From Lytechinus pictus (taxonomy: Eukaryota): a stretch of DNA of 64,000 nt. Shown in pieces: positions 63,438 through 64,000 of this stretch. Location: the NCBI RefSeq assembly GCF_037042905.1, contig NC_087251.1, positions 42,596,001 to 42,660,000 of the forward strand, in the 5' to 3' direction. Within the stretch, counting starts at the first letter, position 1. Each line of letters begins with the position of its first letter. The position numbers were made by a program, and so were the translations under genes. Under the pieces are notes generated by a model, which searched no databases, was not told where the DNA came from, and saw nothing but the letters and a program-made list of their open reading frames with translations.

Positions 63438-63678
63438 CTTCACCTTCGTATAAGAATCCACCTGCCTACAATGGAAGGTCTCATCACCACGGTCACCACT
63501 TCTACGAAGAAGTCAATCGGTCGTCCCTGCAGAGGCAAAATAGCAAGCCTTCGGTATACGGTTCACCCAACAGTCTTCCGACTTCACACACAGAAGCAGA
63601 TCAAGCTATTCTCTTCCAACAATCAAGTACTACAAACTCACTAGCTCAACTCACAGAATCGATTGAAAGGAAACCACG
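63438..63678 (+). CDS. Next coding exon of the same host gene
   Basis: Acceptor TTTTATTTTGTATTACAG, donor CG|GTATGT; open in the phase set by the previous exon: TSPSYKNPPAYNGRSHHHGHHFYEEVNR...IERKP. Confidence 0.78.
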
Positions 63679-64000
63679 GTATGTATTACCATTAGACTGA
63701 GAATCTGCTGTTTTGGAGGCGTCTTTTGACGTTTTCTGAATTTTCTCAGTTCTCCACCTACACAGACAGAAGTCTCCCATAGGACTCGTGATGATGGTGG
63801 TTTGCGCAACGCTTAATTCGAGCTTCTAGGGGGAAAAGGGTGCGCTACCTCATTCTCTTCGATTATTGCTTAAATTCCAGAAAGTGAATAAAGAGTACCT
63901 TTTGATGAATATCCCATCAGTTTCAACTTGGAATAGTTTGGAATAGTAGCAAATTAGGGGCACTTACCAGAACTAAAGACAGGCTTCATTGACAAAATTG

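Noticed and set aside
63399..63644. ORF-track protein MVYLFFPFYF...
   Set aside because: It starts in the intron polypyrimidine tract and is in a different frame from the phase-compatible exon.

Overview
AT-rich eukaryotic (animal) genomic DNA, not prokaryotic. The repeat families suggest a marine deuterostome such as a sea urchin, which is an inference from resemblance only. About 1-46 kb is mostly nested and decayed mobile elements. These are three Ty3/Gypsy-type LTR retroelements (one with Gmr1-like PR-then-IN order, one short non-autonomous element with paired LTRs), at least five CR1/L2-group LINE copies, tRNA-derived SINEs, an XPG-domain (Academ-like) transposon remnant, two internal tandem arrays and many MITEs with readable TSDs. 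From about 54.8 kb there is a spliced + strand host gene: a candidate promoter/5' exon plus two phase-compatible coding exons rich in Tyr/Pro docking motifs. The most notable observation is an intact, stand-alone LINE-type APE endonuclease ORF (20809-21993). It has no RT and opens exactly at a splice acceptor, making it a candidate domesticated nuclease exon. All calls are by eye. Family assignments and many end coordinates are approximate.
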